This document shows positions 12,692 through 24,824 of a stretch of DNA of 64,000 nt, in pieces. Below the pieces are notes generated by a model. It did no database searches. It worked only from the letters and a program-made list of their open reading frames with translations, and was not told the origin of the DNA. Origin of the DNA: Spirogloea muscicola (lineage: Eukaryota); assembly GCA_009602725.1 (NCBI GenBank), contig WELB01000007.1, forward strand, positions 852,697-916,696, given 5' to 3'. The position numbers were made by a program, and so were the translations under genes. The first letter of the stretch is position 1, and every line of letters begins with the position of its first letter.

Positions 12692-15600
12692 TTACACTGT
12701 GAATGGCGCGACTCCGTCTCCCGCCGGGCTCTTGCTTGGCATCTTCTTAATCTTGTCATAGAAGGCATTGGGCCGGATGATGTTTTTCTTCTTCTGATCC
12801 GTCAGAGGGGCATGCGGACTTGACCCCTGCTGCAACGATCCATTGCCAGTTCCCTCGCTGCTGCGCCGTCTGCCGAGCTTCGGGGATACTGCTCTGGTTG
12901 GGCGGAAGACTGGCTTCTTACCAACCACACGAGGTTGCCTCTGCACACACAAAACGCATTCTCACTTGCCCTGTTCCAGGAAGATCATTAACGTCAAATT
13001 GCCTCACTCATCTACAATTCTCAAAATTGCAACAGCAAATTTGCTCGCGAGTACCTTGAGTTAGTTTGCTAACTTGCTGGAGCATGCATTACAGCCAAGT
13101 CAAGCAGCAGAGTACAAATGTCATCAGGGATGATTAGTGAGACCTTGTCACTTTCATGAAGAACACCAGGATCTTCTAAGGTAGTCTTCTGATAGAACTC
13201 TGGCAACGGATTCGCCTTGAAAGTCAAACCCTTCCTGTAATCTTCCCTCTCCTTGTTCAAATCTTCCTGCTTGTCAGAGACATCTCAACCATATTGACCA
13301 CGAGGAAAAGGCTGCTGCAAAAGTCTACTACGAAATCTGACAAGACTGAACAAGCTCATCTCAAGCGCAAAGCTTGATTTGTAAAGTGAGCATGATAGCA
13401 ACATATTCCACCTTTATCTTCAGCTCTTGCTGTTGCCTCTCCCACCCCCTTGTAGACTCAATCTGCTCCAGCTTGCTATGGAACTGCCAAGACGGCAAGC
13501 TTACAGGCAAAGGTTGATACGGAGAGGGATCGATGCAGTAACTCATGCAATGTACACGTTATCAATTAAAGCCCTTTGGATCTTCATGCAACCATTGGCT
13601 GCGAGAACTCATAGAAGCACCAAAAGCTGATGCTTGCGACTATGCAGATTTAGCTGCAGCCACGCATGACACACTTCATCTCTCTAATTGCAGGCAGGAA
13701 GGACAACATGTCCACTACACAAGGTGCAAGGCACCTTTTCCCATTCCTTGGCCCTTTGATCAAGTGCGAAGCTGAAAGTGGCCGCTTCCAGAGGCTTCTG
13801 CTCCAGAACCCTGACACATGAGTGGTCTACTTCAGCACGAGACAAGTGAGGAGAGATGCAACAAAACTTGAAGAGATTGGTTGAATGAGGAGGCTCTAGA
13901 AGAGCGTGGAAAGAAGGAATTGCATGTAAAGCTCAAGACATGCTCTACAGACATACAGGTCATTGGATTGTGCATGTGCTTCCTGGGTGTCCACCATCTG
14001 CTCATGGGGTTTGTCAGACTCGCAGAGACTGCTCCGTTGTTCCTGGCGCCGTCTGTGGCAACAGTAATCATACTGTTTACACAGCGTGTCCTCAGAAATG
14101 CAGCAAAGCACAAACATCTGCCGGTACTCCTAGAAGAAGCTTTCACTGCTCTGATACTGCAGGTGTGTGCCGCACATTCCTGAAATGTGCAGCAAGTGAG
14201 CTATTCGAGCACAGCAGATAATCACCTTGTCTCAAGATTGAACGGCTGCGGTACGGTTGTGGGCCGTGAGCTTGGTCTGGATGGTGCCTGTAGAAGGTGT
14301 CCATGTTGAGTACATAGCACCAGTAGTAGGGGCCAAGCGACAATTCTGGCAGTCGCTGTGCGCAGCGACTTGAACAACAGTGTGCAGCAGCCACGTTGCT
14401 TTTGACAGGGGAACATCCTAGGAGTGAAGAAGCTCTAACAACGTGGACATACGCTCAAGCACACCCATGGACATGATGTCAACTCTGTGGAGCTTGAGTG
14501 CTGATTGCCAGATGTGGCAAATTGAACGTACTTGGGTTGGAGCAGCCCTGGAATGGGTGGATTGACGAGATGCTTGGGCCCTGGCAACAAGACCCACGTT
14601 GTAATGTGAATGTCACAAATGGTCTGAGAATGTATAGGTGGCTGTCGGCTCGACTGACGCTCTACTGTTATGTTCATGGTACGGATACATTGTCGTGACT
14701 CTTAATGTTGGGGCGTGCCCGCTCCACTGCCCCCCCCTGACGACAGCGGCGGCTACGGCGACAGCGACTGATGGACGGACTTAGGGACCTTGTTTATGGA
14801 CCTTGTATATTGTGTCGGTAAGGGGTGCAGCGTTGCACTACCTGATGTCCGTGGCAAGCTTGAAAGGTTGGACAACTGTGACATTTGACTTTGAAGACCT
14901 GTTGGTGATGGTCGGAACCCCTTCTGCCTGACCTGCAGGTGACAGGCTGGTCCCCACCCCTCTCTTGCCCTGTTTTTAATAAACAGAACCAGGTCATACT
15001 TCCTCCATCTACAGATACTCTTCTACCTCCACAAAATTGTACGCAGGCCACCAAAAGCAACCACACACACACAGCAGCTGATCACACTAAACCTCAGAAA
15101 TGCATCTCTTGCATGTAGCAGGTGCAGTGTCAGTCCGCTCATTATCAGGCAAAAGAGGCCCGAAGACACAAGCAGAATCTGAGCGACGTGATACATTGAC
15201 CTGAGGACCCAGACAGTCAGATAGATAGTTCTATTTGGGTCAAGAGAGGGCTGTCACCTGAGCTGCACTGCCAATGCCAGGCCCAGAGCTGCGACGCCGT
15301 GGAGCGTCTCCAGCTTCGGCGACCCGGCTGGGCGACGCCGACTTGGACCTCACGCTGCTGCCCGCTGAAGGTGCTGTACGAACCTGAGGTGATGCCGGCA
15401 TGGGCTGCGAGAGTACTCGATGTCCTTCAGCCAGCGGGGCAGCCGTCTGGCTTGCTGTGGCAGAGGCTGCCGAGCTCTCGGCAGGGCTGAGGGCATCTCC
15501 GGCAGTGGAGGATGCGGGAGCTTCGTCATGGGCGCCTGGGACGTCCGCCTGCAGCCCAGTGAGCAGCAACCACAGCGGCCGAGCACTCATTCAGCACTGG

Positions 15601-15994
15601 CGAGGCCTGATGGCTCCTGGCCCCCTGGTCGTCTCTGACGAGTCCCGACGACCACGAAGCGGCATGGCAAGCCGGTCCCAGGCTGCAGGGTCCCGGTCCG
15701 AACCAGGCTCGGGCCAGGAGGCGCCGCACCCTCGTCTGGCCTCGCCGCCGGCCCCCTCTCCGTGCTCTCCAGCACGTCGGCTGCGGCGGCCTCAGGGTGG
15801 TCCAGCGCACCCTCCCGCTCCTTCTCGTCGGAGCGGTCGTCGTCGGGGGCGTGCAGCGCGCGGCCAAAGTCGGCGGACGCGGCCGGCGACGGCCCCGCGC
15901 TCAGCGACGGCGAGCGGTCCGAGATGAAGCCGTCCACGGCGCGCTCCGGCAGGATGCCGTTCCAGTGCGCCACGGGCGCGCCCCCGTCGTCCAT
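12692..15994 (-). CDS. WVD2/WDL-like microtubule-associated protein (TPX2 C-terminal/KLEEK domain), multi-exon
   Basis: Exons give TVPQPFNLET, TFSFALDQRAKEWEK|FHSKLEQIE, RKGLTFKANPLPEFY and PTRAVSPKLGRR. ATG 15994 in a GC-rich first exon is the likely start. Confidence 0.8.
14706..15086. mobile_element. Possible solo LTR inside a WDL intron
   Basis: Begins TGT, ends ACA, and contains an AATAAA. Flanked by CTTAA (14701-14705) and CTAAA (15087-15091), an imperfect 5-bp TSD. Confidence 0.35.
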
Positions 15995-16209
15995 GTCCGC
16001 CGCGGCGGCCAGTGGCNGCGCCAGCGGCGGCGGCGCCGGCGGCGGCGGCGGTGGCGGCGACCGTGGCAATGGCGGCGAGGGTGGCGGGAGGGCGGCGCAA
16101 TCTTCGTCTTGCCGAGCGGCGGCAAAGCCGGACGCTATGTCGCCGTTAGCTGTGCCGCCTCCCAAGCTTGCCCCGAGACGGCGCTACTGCGGCGCCAGCT
16201 CACCGTTTA

Positions 16210-16282
16210 CCATGAAACCGCTAAAAGTCGTTTCCCCGATCTTAAACCCCGGCTCCTCGAACCCTTTGGCCCCAAACCCTGA
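16210..16282. promoter_or_regulatory. Telo-box-like AAACCCT motifs upstream of the WDL gene
   Basis: AAACCCT at 16274-16280 with degenerate neighbours (GAACCCT ~16259, TAAACCCC ~16243). Confidence 0.3.
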
Positions 16283-16289
16283 CACTTGC

Positions 16290-16345
16290 CGCAAGAAGCA
16301 GCTCTCTCAAAAACGGGCAAGGGCTGCGGAAGCCAGCCCACAAAA
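16290..16345 (-). mobile_element. Isolated CRE-like UTR module
   Basis: Reverse complement reads GGGGCTGGCTTCCGCAGCCCTTGCCCG..GAGAGAGC, the same module found in the other clusters. Confidence 0.55.
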
Positions 16346-16656
16346 ATTTGCAGCACTACAAGGAATAATCGCCATCCTGGCGCAGGACCTGCCACCCTCA
16401 CTTCCCTTCCTGTCTGTCACTTCTCATGGCTCTCCTCTCCCAGATTGTAAGTTCACAGTGCGAAGGCATTGACTGCCTTACCTACAGCTATACTATTACC
16501 TCTCCTCACGCTGCCAGCTCGGCTTGTCCGCCTAGAGCAAGGTGGCCGCATCGGTCAAAAATGGCAGCATATATCTGCTGCTTACCTGAACTCTGCCCAC
16601 TGTGTCTTGAGCACTTAGCATATCGCCGGCAATGTCTTGAGAAGCTGCCTGGGGCC

Positions 16657-18233
16657 TCAGGACGCGGCGACAGAGGCAGGGACAGCATTGGCACCTTGCC
16701 GCTCACACACTCCACCGTGTGAGCTTCCAACAGTGCCTGTCAAATTGCCCAAGGGCGCTTCTCGGCCCGTCGCATTGCAAATGAGCGGCAGCCGCTTTGG
16801 CCCAGTGTACGCCTTGCAGATGTACGCGTCCAGGTTGTTAAAGTCCTACGAAAGCATATACTCTCCCCAGATTTGGTGAGGCAAGACCTGGAGGCAGCCA
16901 GTTACGCTGGTGCAGCGTATTGCACAAAGCCAATTGCCTTCACGGCAAGCTGGATCTCTTACCTCATACAGTGGCTGGCCGTTCACGACCACCCAAGGGA
17001 CAAAGAGGTGCGGCGGATCCAACGCGTCCGTCTCCTTGCCATATTTTCTCAGGAGCTGCACCGATCCGCAGAATGTGCCGGGCTCAACCTGGGGCTGGAT
17101 CGCCAGCGCTTGCCAGATGGTGCCGTGGGTGGGCAAAAGTGGCCACTGCTTGTCCACTTTGCCAGGTGAGGCGTAAAGGATTTGGGAGATACCTTGCCAC
17201 CAAGCTCACCCTCAGCACACCGGTCTATCCGCTGGAAGGACAATCCAGCCTCCCGTGCACACTGCCGCATGGCCCCCAGCTCTGGCGTCGTCTCCATGCA
17301 CTCCACGAAGGGGAACCAATCGTCCTGCCGCGGTTGTCGACAACACGGGAGTCAGCTCGGCCAGCTTTGGCAAACCACGTTGGTGCTGTCCACAATTGCC
17401 ATGCGGGTCATCAATTGAGCAGGCGACAAGCATCACCGAGGTCAGCTCGCGCGCGTTGTTGGTGATGGACGGATGCGGCTGCTGATATAAAAAGTGCGGC
17501 TATAAGAGAGATGGAGGAGAGAACGGCCAGCGTCTCACCACGGCCGGATAGTGGTGGAGCGCGCAGGCGAGGACAATGTTGAGGCGGCACTCAAGCGGCC
17601 CATGCTGCGGCAGCAGGATGTGCAGGCCGTGCCACATGTCAGTATATGTCCAAGCTGCCGCTGTAGCGCTCAGCAGCAATGCGCAGTACTCCCTAGAAGA
17701 GTCGGCGCCAGTCGCGGCTTGCGAGCCACGGAGAGCACGCTACCTGGCAGACGATGGTGCCATTATCGAGAACACGCGCGTTGCCATATGGCACGATGCG
17801 CAGGCGCACGACGTCGATGAGTCCGGTGCGGAACAGGCTGCGCAGCTCGCCGATGATGAAGCGCGCGCAGTAGGGGCACAGCGCCTCCTCGTACAGCGCC
17901 ACATGCACCAGGCCGCCACCGGCGTAGCCCGCCGCCGGCGCCGCCACGGCCGGAGGGTGCAGCTTCGGGCCTGGATGCCGCCAGCGGAAGCAGCGGAGCG
18001 CCGGCCCTTGAAGCCCGGGGCCGGAGAGCGCCCCGCGCTAGTACCGCCATGGGATGCGGAAGCCGCCGCCGTCGCAAGCTTGTGCGCCAGTGGCGGCGCC
18101 ACTGGCTGGCCGGCCCCGGCAGGCGCTCACCGGCCCTCACGGCGTCAACGCTTGCGGTCGCCGCCGCCGCCGCCATTACGGCGACGACCGCCACCAGCGC
18201 GAGCTCGGCGCCGGGGCGGCGGCGAGCCGCCAT
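16657..18233 (-). CDS. Gamma-interferon-inducible lysosomal thiol reductase (GILT) family protein
   Basis: Signal-peptide-like N-terminus, VALYEEALCPYC (CxxC), VPYGNA, CQ|HGPLEC.LN, FVPWVVVNG and YICKAY. Stop TGA at 16657-16659. Confidence 0.92.
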
Positions 18234-18653
18234 GGCGGGGCTCCCCCGCGCCTGGCCCCGCTCGGTGCTCGGCAAGGCCTGGCGGCGGCGGGCAAGGATG
18301 CAGTGCACCCAGAGCGCTTCTGAGCCAACGGAGTGAATGCCTCAAAGCGGGCCGAGGATGGCGACGTAGTGGAGCGCCGCCTCGCATCGTCGGCCGGCTT
18401 GCTCGATGGCTCTGGGCTTTTGGGCTGCTGCCTAGGGCTTAGTGAGCGGGGCACCTGGTCGCCACGCTTTAGCTTTAGCTCCAAGCGACTGCTAGCGAAG
18501 CTCCCACCGTCTCTTCCGATATATTGGCGACATCACTAACCCCCATCCCCCCCCCATTCGGACTCGAGACGTTCAAAGCGCCCCCAGGCTTCCCCGCCTC
18601 GCCAACGTAGGCCGCTGCCCCGCGCCGCGCGATCTGCCGGCGGCGGCGCGGCG

Positions 18654-19536
18654 ATGGGCGTGGTGCGGCTGCGGCTGGCGCGCTTCGGCCGTCGCAACCT
18701 GCCCTTCTACCGCATCTTCGCTGCTGACAGCCGCTTCCCCCGCGACGGGCGCCACCTCGAGATCCTGGGCCACTACGACCCCCTTCCAGGTACGTCGCCT
18801 GCCCTCCGCTTCCCTTTCTCCTCCTTCCTCCTCCGCTTGCCGACGTGGGTGATCGACCGAGGTGGACCCTCGCCGGCCTCCATCTGTGGTCTCTTTCTTC
18901 TTGGCATGAGTAAGCAAGCATGTCTTCTTCATGCACACGCTGGCTGTGCTGACCCGAGACAGCGAGTAGTCGGGACTACCAGGCCAGCAGTCAGTTGCCT
19001 CTTGTGAAGATACCGTCTTGCAATGAAGCTGATGAGGATGACCAGTGGCGAGGGTGCTTGCTGGCAGGCAAGGACGGAATGAAGAGGATTGGCGTCAACT
19101 CTGAGAGGATCAAGTACAAAGCCCCCACAGCGCCTTCTCACCGGCCCAACGCCCTCCCTTCCTCCCTCCCTCCCCCCCTCCCCTTCCTCCACTCTATTCT
19201 ATCCCTCTGTTATGTGTGAAAGTGCTGTGGTCGTGCACGTTCACACATCTCTTTGCATGTTGCAGTGTGCGATGCATCACAGGGCTGCGCATTTTGCTGG
19301 ACGGCCGTCCCCTCTTCCCTCTGCATACCTTGGGCAGGTGGCTTGGGAGAGTGCACGTGCAACACTGATGTGAGCAGGGGCCTCCACGTTGCAGGTACTG
19401 GCTATCGGTCGGTGCGCAGCCTTCAGACACTGTTGCCAGGCTGCTGCACAAGGCTGGCATCCTGCCACCGCCACCAGCAAAGCGCTCCCCACCTCAGGGC
19501 GGCAGACACGCCAGGATGTCCAAGCCACAAGAGTAG
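18654..19536 (+). CDS. RPS16: Nuclear-encoded organellar (bacterial-type) ribosomal protein S16, 3 exons
   Basis: [45 protein letters not shown] | [16 protein letters not shown] | [21 protein letters not shown] introns; stop TAG 19534-19536. Confidence 0.95.
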
Positions 19537-20993
19537 TGGCGCAGGTCAGCTTGCCCAGCAGATTTCGAAGAGCTCTTGTGAACAGCAATGCTCGACTCTT
19601 TTCTTGGGCAGCAGCACCGACAACCTCCACATTGCAAATGGTAATGCACCAGCTCGTATCCAGGCTGACTTCTTCTCGGCCTGTCACGACAGGTGAATAT
19701 TGGAAATATTTGCAGAGGTAGCGGCTGCCTCAGCTGAACAAGCTCCAAGTCGCAAACCGTGAAATTGCTGCAAGTAGCCTCTGTGTTGTCGGAGGATCTG
19801 GAGCCAAACCACCCTGCCAAGGAGGAGCTCTAGTGATGAGCATGCGGCCGGCAGCTTACATGACATCGTCTAAAGTCAGAGCACGATGTGAAGGGCCTTC
19901 CGCATGTGGATCTTCTTACTGGCCGTGCTTCGACGGAGGCTGAGGCAGACAAGAGGCCAAGCTTCAGCTTGAGAGGAACTGCTGCTGCGTCAAGTCAGCA
20001 CTCAAGGGAGGAGGGCAATGAGCTGGCTTGGCGTTGCACCAGTCAGCGGCAAGCCCCGACCGCCCCTACTGGAGAGGTGCCTCGAGTGGTGGCAGCCAAG
20101 CAGCCTGGGAGGAGGCGGGCAGGACCCTATCTTCTTTCCTATGCTGCTGGGTTACTGGTGTGCGCGGTGCGCACCAGCCCGGCAGCTTCTTCTCCGGCAT
20201 CAAAGCGCGAGCTGAGGATGGCTGGGGTTCGACTATGAGCCGCGTCACACTTTGCTGCTCACAAGCTTGTGCTCCTCCCCGGCCATGCCAACCCTGGTGG
20301 TGGTCCAGGATAGTCCTTGAAGGAAGGATCTGCACATTCAGGCGGACTGCCTCATGAACTGCCTCATGAAAGCACAGTAGCTTGAGAGGCAAACCAAGGG
20401 AAGAAGGGTGATTTGCAAGAGATACAATCGGCAGCAAGAAGGTCACCATGTACGGTAATAAATGAGTAGCTCACACACTGAAGGAAGCTGAGTGCCTCCT
20501 CCCGCTTGTCTCAAAGAGCTTTTGCGCATCCTGTGACTGAGCCTTTTCTCCTACATGAGCACCATATCTCCTTACCGGCTGCAAACTAACGGGCCCCTGG
20601 TTCCTGGCGGGCCTTGACTGAATGATGCAAGTTAGAGGTGCTCTGCTGGCTACATAGAAGCTGAAGTGCAAGCTAGGGAAGAGTGGAGGTCCTCGTAGAG
20701 GAGCAGTGGGCAACAAGCAACCACCTGAGAAGCATACGAAGACGAGACTGTCAGGTAAGGACAGTCTCTGCAGCATAGGAGGCCGACGGAGCAGTAGCAA
20801 CAGTGGCAACCAAACAACCCACGCAACCCATGCAACTTGACATTGTTCAGTGTCTCTAGCCTCTCACAGCAACAGCCTTCTTCTGGGAACAGTTCTCTTC
20901 TTCATTCAAGTTGACGGCCGCAGCCCCACTGGCGCCTGCTCAGCCGCCGCCCTCGGCAGAGGAGCACCTTCTCTGTGACCACCCTTCTCGTAC

Positions 20994-22024
20994 TTGAGAA
21001 ATTTGTTAAATCTAGGCTGTGCACAACGCGCAGATGTGCTTCTGGCCAAGATGGGCTTGCCAGCTGCATCGTTCTTGCGCCATCAAGTGTTGGCCTGTAT
21101 GCGGCGTGCTCAGGCTCATGCTTTGCACCAGAAAGCTAGGCGAGCTCTAATTGGTGGCAGAAGGGCTTGGAAATTGGCATCTGGTGTTCCGACATCGATA
21201 AGCGACCTTTATCTGCTGACTCGTAGTTACTGAGCGGGTCAATTTGCGGTAGGTTATGTACGTCATCGGATTTGCTTGCCACTGTACTTGGCCACTTTGG
21301 CCTTCCTTGATTTCAGTACTAAAAAGAAATACTCTCATACGTCCTATGCCTGCTGTATGGACACAGCTTGGCCTCCCTCCTGGCCCCTTCGCACTGTTAA
21401 TTCATTCTCGCTGGACTGGCCAAGTACACCCATCGCCTCTACTGGATGAGTCTTTCTCCCTCCTCCTTGATCCGCACCGCGCGCCTTCTCTCTCAGTGGC
21501 GTGTGAAGTGGGCCAAGCCCCGAAAGCAACATCGCTGCCAACGTGACTGGTGGCTGGAAGAGGCCAGCCCAATCAAATGGGCACACAGATGGAGGAGCTC
21601 TTCGCTGCCGGTGGGCGCGCGAGCCGCGCGCGCCTTGCACAAGTACTAAGGACCACACGGCGGGGTGCAGCACCTTCCTGGAGGCTCGGTGCCTTTGGGT
21701 CTTGTGTACTGCTACCGCATGCGATTGTCTATGTCCCTCCAGCGCTCCCAAGCGCTTGCTTTGCACCGCCGCGCCGGTCGCGCCCTTGCAGCAGCCTCTG
21801 GCTTGCGCAGCGGGGTTGCTCTTCCTCCCCTTAGCTTTGTCTGTCTAGCCTGTGGCTCCGTCATGAACACCTGTATGCATCTGGCTGGCTTTCACAGCCG
21901 CTCTTTTAATATCAGCAGCCGCTTGACCTTAGCTCAGCTGACTTCCTACTGCTGACCCGGGGGTACTAAGAGCGCCCTCTCTGCCCCTAGCCTGTGGCTC
22001 CGTCAAGAACACCTGTATGCATCT
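20994..22024 (+). mobile_element. Cluster of nested CRE-like 3'-end fragments from at least two diverged families
   Basis: RRAQAHALHQKARRAL...SDLYLLTRSY* (stop 21231-21233) and RMRLSMSLQRSQALALHRRAGRALAAASG...ADFLLLTRG (21715-21970). The second is split by a 90-bp insertion with CCTTAGCT TSD. Confidence 0.7.
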
Positions 22025-22079
22025 CATTTGTATTCAGTGCATGGACTTAAGGTCCGGCCGTAAAGTAGCAACTTCGACT

Positions 22080-23230
22080 TCTCTGCGTAAGAACTGCTCC
22101 CATGCCCACTTTGCTCCAATCGGTATGTAAAAAGAAATCCCGACTGCAGTCAGGGCGTCTCAATACAGGGGCTTTGGTAAGAGCAAACTTAAGTTGCTGA
22201 AATGACTGACGGCGTGAGTCAGTCCACTCCCACACTGCTTCTTTCTTGAGCAGGTCATTGAGAGGTCTAGCAATAGAGCTGAAATCCTTGATGAATCGCC
22301 TATAATAACTAGCAAGACCAAGAAATGACCGCAACGATCTCAAATCAGTTGGGTCAGGGATAGCAATGACAGCCTGAATCTTGTCATCTTGAGGAGATAA
22401 TCCGTTCTTCGAGATTAGATGTCCAAGATAGGAGGCCTCGCTAAGCCCGAAGTGACATTTCCCGGGATGACACTTGAGTCCGGCCTTTTAAATGGCATCC
22501 AGTACCACTGCAACATGAGTCAAGTGATCATTGAAATCCCGACTGAAAATCAGTATATCGTCTATGTAACAACGAGCAAAAGGAATGCCTCTCAAAACAA
22601 CATCCATAACACGTTGAAACATTATGGGCGCATTCTTCAATCCAAATGGCATTTTCTTCCATTGGAAAAGGATGCTGACACCGTCTCGTACTCCCCAGAA
22701 AGCTGTTTTATGCCTGTCACAAGGCTTAATGTCAACTTGGTTAAAACCTTGCCTAAGATCTAAGACAGAAAAGATCTCACTAGCGCCGAGTCGATTGAAA
22801 ATCTCTTCTGGAGTTGGCATTGGGTAGCGGTCTAAGGGCGTGGCGACATTTGACTCTGTAGTCACCACACATCCGCATCTCTGTGTAGTTGCCATTCTCA
22901 TCCTTCTTCTTCGGTAGGACTGTCGGAGCTGCAAAAGAGCTGAAGGAAGGTTCAATCAAACCTACAGCCAACAACTCTTGACATTTTTTTGCCAATGATT
23001 GCATCCTCATATGGAGACAAAGAATACCTCCTTCTGAAGATAGGCTTGTCATCGTTCAGGTCAATCTGGAAGTGAGCGCCGACATAAGTACCCAGATCAG
23101 ATGATGAAAAAGCAAAACAAATCAATTTACTATTCAAAAGGTAAACAATCTTGTTTCTGTCTACAGTACCCAGATCAGGTCCGCAATGCCATTCGTACTC
23201 TGATAAAGAATGGTATACCTGTCTGGAAAA
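22080..23230 (-). pseudogene. Ty3/gypsy reverse transcriptase and start of RNase H (frameshifted)
   Basis: IEPS.S.FAAPTVLPKKKD, RMCGDYR, DRYPMP, LDLRQGFNQ, MPFGLKNAP, CYIDDILIFS, LRSFLGLASYYRRFIKDFS and FLHTDWS. Confidence 0.95.
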
Positions 23231-23239
23231 CTGTAATTG

Positions 23240-23885
23240 CTAAATATCCTCGGACCACTCAGATGCCACAGGCTCGAACGTGCTTAAGAGTTTCAGATCT
23301 AACTCTGACATAGCATGCGCGAGGTTCTGTTTGGCTATCTTTGCATGATATTCAATTTGTAGGGCTCCGGTAATGCTGAGCATCCAGGCAATTGCATTAG
23401 CATCAAATGCCTGTCCCGTCAATCGGATATTCGTTTTGAGAGGGAAATGGGGAAGTGTTATGTCGCCTGGGTTGTAACCTAAACACTTCTCGCGCTCCGT
23501 AGGGTTAAGTTCTTCATAGAGCCCTGTCAATCTCCGTCGAACCATTCCTTGGGCAGCTACTCCATTCGCCTCCCGGAAGTTGATGGATGCTACCGATGCG
23601 ACCAGAGTGGGAAAGGTGACGCGTGGTGCATGTGGGTTCTCATTATTGAAGGCGTGTCGACGGTTGTACCAATAGTCCACAGGCACAACGTCGCGACCTG
23701 GGTCCAAAGCCATATAGGCGTACAGGTTTGGAGGGCGACGTTGTCGGTTGATGCATGCCTGCAGCATCTTCGCCGGGGCAAGGTTGGTCCAATGGACACG
23801 GCGTCGATCTGCAAGTGAACCCAGATATGCAGCGTCCAAAATGGTGTAAGGCCCGAGTACATCACAAATGGTGTTGAAGTCGAAT
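23240..23885 (-). pseudogene. C-terminal half of a DNMT3-like C5 cytosine methyltransferase domain within pol
   Basis: DFNTICDVLG..ILDAAYLGSLADRRRVHWTNL (motifs VII-VIII) and ELNPTEREKCLGYNPGDIT...RLTGQAFDANAIAWML (motifs IX-X). Same strand as, and directly upstream of, RT. Confidence 0.8.
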
Positions 23886-24438
23886 TGCGCCTTGGGACAT
23901 TATGGTGTGAAACGTACTATAAGCTTGTTAGCCACACGTTATTGGTGGATTGGCTTGACTGACATGGTCAGACATGTATTATCTCAGTGTGAGGAATGCG
24001 ACCGGATACGAAGCATGTTCTCTCTGAAGTCACCTGCCTTACATCCTCTGCCAATACAAGGGTTGGTTTACAGGTGGAGCCTGGATTTAGCTGGTCCACT
24101 ACAGAAGGGCAACGAACGTCCTCACGTACTCATCATGATAGAGCACTTCCAAGTGGGTAGAGGTGGTCGTTATTCCCGGCAAGTCTAGCACATATATTGC
24201 TGAAGCGTTCCTGAATCAGTTGTTATCACGGTTTGGTGCTTGTGCAGAAGTACTGACTGATCGTGGTTCTGAATTCCAGGGTGACTTCCAGCAGTTGCTG
24301 GACCGGACATGTATTGACCATCGCCTGACGTCGCGTGACCATCCACAGGCAGATGGGCTTGCTGAGCGCATGGTGCAAACCGTCAAGAGTGGCTTGGTTA
24401 AGTATGCACTTCGGAAAGGTTTAGAACGATGGGACAAG
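23886..24438 (+). pseudogene. Ty3/gypsy integrase (zinc finger plus DDE core), truncated and frameshifted
   Basis: LGHYGVKRT...YWW...CEEC, WSLDLAGP, TDRGSEF and [12 protein letters not shown]. 2-bp deletion near 24150 relative to the other arm. Confidence 0.92.
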
Positions 24439-24810
24439 CGGGTGCCCACCTCCGCTTCGTAGCTGTTTCGTTTCTTCTTTGTGCTTGTTGTTCTTCGTAC
24501 TTCCCCTGGTCCCTTCTCGTCCTTAGTTCGTTCTTTTTTGGGATGGCTTTTTCCAGCCCCTATCCTCAATGGGCGAGCCCTTTCTATCGGGCTGGCTTCT
24601 CACAGCCCTTGCCCCCGTTGGGAGAGCCACTTCTTCTTTCTATCCGAAGCTACCTGGCCCCGACTCGACTTTGTCAAGATGGGCAACCTGACGTTCCGGG
24701 AGCCTGACCACGCCAAGTACCCGAGCATGGAGCTGGCGTACGCGGCAGGCCGTGCTGGCGGAACCATGACAGGAGTGCTCAGCGCTGCCAACGAGCAGGC
24801 GGTGGAACTC
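24439..24810 (+). pseudogene. Captured fragment of 1-deoxy-D-xylulose-5-phosphate reductoisomerase, interrupted by a CRE-like UTR insertion (24456-24649)
   Basis: [53 protein letters not shown] matches the plant DXR C-terminal region. Confidence 0.9.
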
Positions 24811-24824
24811 TCCCTCTGGCTTAT

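Noticed and set aside
19700..20990. Possible gene or pseudogene between RPS16 and the TE cluster
   Set aside because: Many short ORFs but no recognisable motif or consistent exon chain.
23087..23180. Direct repeat AGTACCCAGATCAG as a TSD around an insertion
   Set aside because: The intervening sequence reads in frame as normal pre-RT pol peptide (PDLGT..LL..FAFSSSDLGTY), so it is probably native.
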